Below, piece after piece: positions 17,728 through 22,200 of a stretch of 22,200 nucleotides of DNA. Position 1 is the first letter of the stretch; the number at the start of each line of letters is the position of its first letter. The notes under the pieces were generated by a model. It was not told the origin of the DNA and made no database searches. It saw nothing but the letters and a program-made list of their open reading frames with translations. This DNA comes from a virus. Location of the stretch: positions 74,046 through 96,245 of the IMG/VR virus record IMGVR_UViG_2029527005_000007; one strand, 5' to 3'. The translations under genes were made by a program, and so were the position numbers.

Positions 17728-18083
17728 GCCAAACTTTTACCGTCAAATATGGGTTTCCGCCTGAGCTCAACGAAGAGCAGTTGGAAGTGCTAACCACCAT
17801 GGTGTTGAATCGTATAGATTCTATAGTGACACACACTTCCTTTAACCGTGACACGTTAGCTCTGGTACACGCTCACATGACTCCCAGTCGCTGGGACGAA
17901 GAGAACGGTGGTACTGAAAACTTTTACCGCCGCGAAGCCATGATGATCGACGAAATGTTCAGTGACGTCGAGGATGATCGCGCGTATCGTTCTACTTTAG
18001 GAGATCTTGCCCGATGTCAATGCACGACGTTCAGTGTACAACTGATAACCAACAATCTGATATTTCTGGAGCTCCGGTTCTAG
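17664..18083 (+). CDS. Hypothetical protein, possible distant paralog of 17323-17727
   Basis: Fills the operon gap. Start uncertain (ATG 17664 or GTG 17700); both overlap the upstream gene. Confidence 0.7.
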   Translation: MEDKHKAAARQYVAVNDGCRISQTFTVKYGFPPELNEEQLEVLTTMVLNRIDSIVTHTSFNRDTLALVHAHMTPSRWDEENGGTENFYRREAMMIDEMFSDVEDDRAYRSTLGDLARCQCTTFSVQLITNNLIFLELRF

Positions 18084-18094
18084 GCGAAACCGTA

Positions 18095-18397
18095 ATGAAC
18101 ATGATGTTACAGATGTACCATCGTGCCAAGAAAGAGTTTTTCTTCCCTACCAGTCTGAAAACCAAAGAAGTTAAAACGGTTGAAGGCATCGCCGGCGGCG
18201 CCAAGATCGTGTTAACGCTCTGGGCAGGTCGCAGCGCGCGTCACGGCATGGAAGAGATGTGCTGTCGTATTAAAGTCACCCCTGAGATCGCTTGGGATGG
18301 CACTAACTTCGAGAAAGACTTCTTGCTGCATTCGCTGGCGCTGTTCAGTGACATGACTGTGAAGAGCGATCGCGACGGCATTTACTACGTTTGGTAA
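18095..18397 (+). CDS. Hypothetical protein (~100 aa)
   Basis: ATG 18095 follows the upstream stop at 18083; ends just before a terminator. Confidence 0.7.
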   Translation: MNMMLQMYHRAKKEFFFPTSLKTKEVKTVEGIAGGAKIVLTLWAGRSARHGMEEMCCRIKVTPEIAWDGTNFEKDFLLHSLALFSDMTVKSDRDGIYYVW

Positions 18398-18409
18398 AAC
18401 TCCTCCTCT

Positions 18410-18460
18410 TATTACGTCTACCCTAGGGTAGACGTAATAGAGTGCTTTCTTTTTTTTGTT
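18410..18460 (+). terminator. Intrinsic terminator formed by a perfect 30-bp palindrome
   Basis: TATTACGTCTACCCTAGGGTAGACGTAATA (18410-18439) then a T run. Confidence 0.85.
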
Positions 18461-18831
18461 TCAAGTATTTGTGATCGGTACACACCTAAGCGATAAGGGT
18501 CATTTGTAACCGTTTCAAAATAAAAAATATTTTTTAACGGTGAAGTAATTTTCTTATAACGACACGCAATTTCAAATTCTAATAACAGCTTGAGCTGAGA
18601 TAGAAATACAGCCAAGCAACTCGGGAGATTGACGCATGCACCAAACCTTTCTGTGGGATTATTATAATAATGGGTAGTTGTAACATAGAGTACGACACCC
18701 GCTGAGTTTAGCGTATCTAGAGTTTCGTCTTAAGAAGCTACGCATTTTTCCTACTTAGGTAGTTACACACATCGTTCTTAAATGGAAGTTTCAAAACAGA
18801 TCTATCCCAATCATCTAAGGAATCAACGAAA
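18461..18831. ncRNA. Candidate structured non-coding RNA, long 5' leader or cis-acting site
   Basis: Only long non-coding stretch in the window, containing at least five hand-folded hairpins; no family recognised. Confidence 0.3.
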
Positions 18832-19713
18832 ATGCCTAACAAAGATTATGAAGCCGCTTTGAAAGAGTTCCAATCAACCCATAACCAAGTGAGCGACCTG
18901 CTGACACCGGTTGAATACGCACGCTATCAGATATTGAGTTATCCTGACAACGTATCCATCCTGAACACAGCACTGAAGAAAAAATTAGCACTCGATCCTG
19001 AGTATGAAGTATGGGTGCCGATCCACTACTATAAGTATCTGGTACTGGACACGGCGAAAGGTGTCTCTACGTTCTACACGAAGTACGCGTTCATTAGTAA
19101 CAAAGGCAATATCCACCACATCCGTAAGAAAACCAAGGCGCCACAGGGCCATACCACTCAGAGCGGACATCAGAGCTCACTGGTACGTTTAATTGATGGC
19201 CCGGTTCGCTTCTCGTTACACCGCGCAGTTGCTTGCAGCTTCATCCCCCTGCCAGAGAAGTTTAAACATGTTGGTCACGGCTACGCACAGGTTAAGCACC
19301 TTGATAGCGATAAAGCCCACAACGACTTCCTGAACCTGACATGGGACTCAAGCGTAGTCGAGCAAGAGAAAGACCTGCCGTCGAATGTTACCCAATCAGC
19401 CATTCATCATGACCATTATGGCATCCGTCCATTAATGGGTGAAGTCATCATCCCTGGCGAACACTTAGGTGTACGTTTCATCCGCTCTGGCGATCGCGAG
19501 ATCACAGACCTGCTGGGGACCTCTGGCCTGGTTGACATCGACGAAGTCCTGCGTAACAAGGTGAAAGAAGTGAACGGCATTCGCTGGACGCCTGCCACCG
19601 ATTCCGATGTTATTGTCTATGGTACTTCTGTCATTCCGACTTCGCTGGTTCGTATCCTCAGATCTTATCGCGATAACGGCAGTAATCGTGCCGCTGGTTC
19701 TATTCGTGTTTAA
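18832..19713 (+). CDS. NUMOD4-HNH-NUMOD1-type homing-endonuclease-derived protein A, probably inactive
   Basis: EVWVPI...ISNKGN (NUMOD4-like), HRAVACSF...VKHLDSDKAHNDFLNLTW (HNH_3-like) and one C-terminal NUMOD1-like unit; RBS AAGGA. Confidence 0.8.
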   Translation: MPNKDYEAALKEFQSTHNQVSDLLTPVEYARYQILSYPDNVSILNTALKKKLALDPEYEVWVPIHYYKYLVLDTAKGVSTFYTKYAFISNKGNIHHIRKKTKAPQGHTTQSGHQSSLVRLIDGPVRFSLHRAVACSFIPLPEKFKHVGHGYAQVKHLDSDKAHNDFLNLTWDSSVVEQEKDLPSNVTQSAIHHDHYGIRPLMGEVIIPGEHLGVRFIRSGDREITDLLGTSGLVDIDEVLRNKVKEVNGIRWTPATDSDVIVYGTSVIPTSLVRILRSYRDNGSNRAAGSIRV

Positions 19714-19724
19714 GCACTGATGAC

Positions 19725-19761
19725 AAGTTTCTCCCTGCTCCTCCGGGGGCAGGGGCAACTT
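19725..19761 (+). other. Strong intercistronic hairpin
   Basis: AAGTT..TCCCTGCTCC-TCCG-GGGGCAGGGG.AACTT with a poor U-tract. Confidence 0.65.
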
Positions 19762-19794
19762 ATCCTTTGGTTACCCAACCCAGGAGATATGATA

Positions 19795-21183
19795 ATGAAT
19801 GCGAAACAATATAACAGTGAATTCAAGAAATTCATCAAGAACCATAACCAACTTTCAGATTTACTCACAGCCGAAGACTTACAGCGTTATCACCAACTTG
19901 ACTTCCCCGATAACGTGCAGATCGTCCACGACGCGCTGATAGAGAAGCTGAAAGAAGACCCCGACTACGAGGTCTGGGTTCCGGTTCGTTACTTCAAGTA
20001 CCTGCTGTTGAACACGGTGACGGGTGTTAAAGAGTTTTACACCAAGTACGCCTTTATCAGCAACAAGGGCAACCTCTACCATTTGCGCAAAACCCCGCAG
20101 CTGGACGTCAAAGAAAATGATGACGAATATCAGCAGAGCGTAGTGCAGCTCACCGATGGTTCCGTTAACTTCTCGGTGAACCGTGCGGTAGCAACCAGCT
20201 TTGTCCCGCTACCCAAGGACCTCAAAGCTTACGGTTACTATGCGCTGGAAGTCAAGCACAAAAACGACCGCAAGGGCGACAACGATTTCCGCAACCTCGA
20301 ATGGTTCGCGGGCAATCAGAACGACCAGACCGTGGTGGATGTCCCTAATGTGGTTCAAACGGTTAGGGAAGATAAACCTGTGCTGAACGTGACGAGCACC
20401 GACGATCGTACCGGCGAGTTGCTTTCTATTAATAGCAAGCCTTCTTCCGGTGAACACCCTGAGCAGTACCACATTCGTCCGATTATCCTGGAAGTCATGA
20501 TTCCAGGCGATTACTACGGCGTGCGGCTGATTCGTTCTTCGCCGAAGGAACTGGATGATCTGCTCGGTCCTGGTATGGCGTCTGCAGCAGAACACGCGGC
20601 TAACCTGAACCTTACGGTATACGGTTGTCGTTGGAGCTATGCGACCAACGATGAGGTCGCTCAGTATGGTGCATTGCGTGTACCGGCTAAGCTTCGTGCG
20701 TTACTGCATGAATATGCGGCGGGTCACTGCATGAACATTCTGGGAACCCGTGTGGCTGACGGACACATGATCCTGATTGAAGGGGATCCGTTAGAGACAG
20801 AACATCTGGGATTAAACTATTCCGATATTCTGAAAGTGTGCGATGGGGAGAAAGAAGCCCACAAGGGTTATACTTTCCGTCGGGTTGACGAAGAAGAGAT
20901 GCTGCAGCTTCGTACTGCTATTGACCTTCAAACAACCCAGACGTTCCCGCAGGAGGCGCCTGTAGTGAATTTCATTATGGGAAAGCGGATCTCGGATGGA
21001 CACCTTATTTTGTTTTGCACGGATCAAGAGATTGAGTTACTGGGATGGGATCCCAAGCTCGTCAACAAAGCCGCGCGTAAACGAGGTGTTCCCGTGTACG
21101 GCTATGAGTTCGAACGCGTTACCGATGATCTTACCGCGCTGAACTTACGTAACCTGATTGCCACACAGATCACCCAATTCTAA
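19795..21183 (+). CDS. NUMOD4-HNH-NUMOD1-type protein B (462 aa), paralog of A with two extra C-terminal repeats
   Basis: AGGAG 8 nt before ATG 19795. FYTKYAFISNKGN is identical to A; VKHKNDRKGDNDFRNLEW; repeats end GYTFRRV and GYEFERV. Confidence 0.8.
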   Translation: MNAKQYNSEFKKFIKNHNQLSDLLTAEDLQRYHQLDFPDNVQIVHDALIEKLKEDPDYEVWVPVRYFKYLLLNTVTGVKEFYTKYAFISNKGNLYHLRKTPQLDVKENDDEYQQSVVQLTDGSVNFSVNRAVATSFVPLPKDLKAYGYYALEVKHKNDRKGDNDFRNLEWFAGNQNDQTVVDVPNVVQTVREDKPVLNVTSTDDRTGELLSINSKPSSGEHPEQYHIRPIILEVMIPGDYYGVRLIRSSPKELDDLLGPGMASAAEHAANLNLTVYGCRWSYATNDEVAQYGALRVPAKLRALLHEYAAGHCMNILGTRVADGHMILIEGDPLETEHLGLNYSDILKVCDGEKEAHKGYTFRRVDEEEMLQLRTAIDLQTTQTFPQEAPVVNFIMGKRISDGHLILFCTDQEIELLGWDPKLVNKAARKRGVPVYGYEFERVTDDLTALNLRNLIATQITQF

Positions 21184-21191
21184 TGTGCTGC

Positions 21192-21237
21192 TAACTACTA
21201 CTGCCCTTTGCGGGGCAGTAGTAGTATATTTTTTTGT
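21192..21237. terminator. Terminator between convergent genes
   Basis: ACTACTACTGCCCT-TTGC-GGGGCAGTAGTAGT (21194-21225) then a T run. Confidence 0.85.
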
Positions 21238-22200
21238 TTATCGGAACGCTTGATCCCAAGCCACTTTACTGTTCGACGTACCAGAGATGTGACTCGCCTT
21301 CATACGAAGAAGCATAAAGACGGTCGCTGTGCGCGATACTGCTGCGGGTAAACGAGTAGCGGTCGCACCCAAGCCTTTACCTGCACAGGTCTTACAGTAG
21401 TCACCTTCACCAGTCAAGCAGAACTGCATCGCACGCATGGGAACAACTTTACCCTCATACTTGCTCCAGTTATCGTTGGTCAGCATTATGTCCTTGCCGT
21501 TGTCGATAACAAAGCAACCCAACCACAGTTTCTTGTTGGTTGGCCAGAGCATAATGAGTTCACCCTGCTTGCTACCACAGTTCTCTTCGACCACGCGCTT
21601 GGAGCCCATGATGCGCAGGATGTCTTTAACCCTTGCACCACCTTCACCCGTAGCTTTACCACGGTTGTATGCGCCTTCGATCGCGGTGTTGATGTAGTCC
21701 ACCATGTGACGTGGATCCCAGCCTTTGGTCAGTGGATCAACCAGTGGTACCCAGCTGTTGGTTTCAGAGTTGAACTCGATACCAAACATAATGAACATAC
21801 GTTTACGACAGTTGCTGACGTAGCTCTTGTCGATGTAGAACGTAGCCGACTCACCCTTCATCTGGATCTCATAATCCAGGTTAACGCACTGTTCAACGAT
21901 GTCGTTGAATACCAGTGGGTCAGAGAGACGATCTTTGTTCTCTTTCAACAGGCGATTCTTGAGGTCGATAACCTCTTTGGAAACCGTCAAAGAATCTTTG
22001 GAGCCGCACTTCACGATGGCGTAAAGAATACCTTCCAGGAAGTTAGCATTCTTGGAGATCTTTAATACGTCACGAACCGGCGCCTTACCTTCAGGAACCG
22101 ATTCACCTTCAGGCGGGTCATCCACCATGATGTCACTGATCCAGTCACGAATCAAACCTGGGGTGAGTTCACGGTTCTGATAGGGAATGACATGACCCAC
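21238..22200 (-). CDS. Virion RNA polymerase beta' subunit, C-terminal part (phiKZ gp80-like); 5' end outside the window
   Basis: Bridge-helix-like GAYNRGKATGEGG, Zn site ENCGS...RAMQFC...YCKTCAG, trigger-loop-like RMKASH. Second beta'-C paralog in the window, on the opposite strand. Confidence 0.85.
   Translation of the reverse strand: MGHVIPYQNRELTPGLIRDWISDIMVDDPPEGESVPEGKAPVRDVLKISKNANFLEGILYAIVKCGSKDSLTVSKEVIDLKNRLLKENKDRLSDPLVFNDIVEQCVNLDYEIQMKGESATFYIDKSYVSNCRKRMFIMFGIEFNSETNSWVPLVDPLTKGWDPRHMVDYINTAIEGAYNRGKATGEGGARVKDILRIMGSKRVVEENCGSKQGELIMLWPTNKKLWLGCFVIDNGKDIMLTNDNWSKYEGKVVPMRAMQFCLTGEGDYCKTCAGKGLGATATRLPAAVSRTATVFMLLRMKASHISGTSNSKVAWDQAFR

Noticed and set aside
18418-18615. 65-aa - strand ORF in the gap
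   Set aside because: TTG start, AT-rich low-complexity product, and it runs through the terminator.
18629-18668. Sigma70 promoter TTGACG...TATAAT
   Set aside because: The spacer is 28 nt, far from 17, so the two boxes cannot act as a pair.
18461-18831. CRISPR array, tRNA, IscB omega/HEARO RNA or group I intron
   Set aside because: No long direct repeats, no cloverleaf with a T-loop, no RuvC or PLMP motifs in the adjacent proteins, and no interrupted host gene.
19720-19794. Extension of ORF 19720-21183
   Set aside because: Spans the hairpin. The RBS and alignment with paralog A support ATG 19795.
12474-22200. Two beta' C-terminal genes as a novel duplication
   Set aside because: Two split RNAPs (virion and non-virion) are an established feature of phiKZ-like phages.

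Overview
This window looks like the conserved core block of a nucleus-forming, phiKZ-related jumbo phage (Chimalliviridae). Its roughly balanced GC content fits the enterobacterial SPN3US/Erwinia-type branch better than AT-rich phiKZ (inference). On the + strand it carries an SbcD/Mre11-like phosphoesterase, a degenerate FEN/5'-nuclease-like protein and a ChmC-like protein with a Gly/Asn-rich tail. These are followed by putative equivalents of phiKZ gp68 (nvRNAP specificity subunit), gp69 (PicA/Imp1 nuclear import factor) and gp70, assigned by synteny only. Next come two split non-virion RNA polymerase subunits (beta C-terminal and beta' C-terminal, clear motifs) and an SF2 helicase. An accessory region follows, and the window ends in a partial virion RNAP beta' C-terminal subunit on the - strand. 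Four copies of an early-promoter-like 18-mer and several terminators are visible. The most interesting signals are: (1) a tandem pair of NUMOD4-HNH-NUMOD1 paralogs that appear to have lost metal-ligand residues, lying behind an ORF-free, hairpin-dense ~370-nt region that may be an RNA; (2) a protein with two tandem DUF2829/Tad2-like anti-defence sponge domains; (3) an SSB-tail mimic (EFDDDIEW) on the ChmC-like protein. All family calls are from reading motifs by eye; no searches were run.
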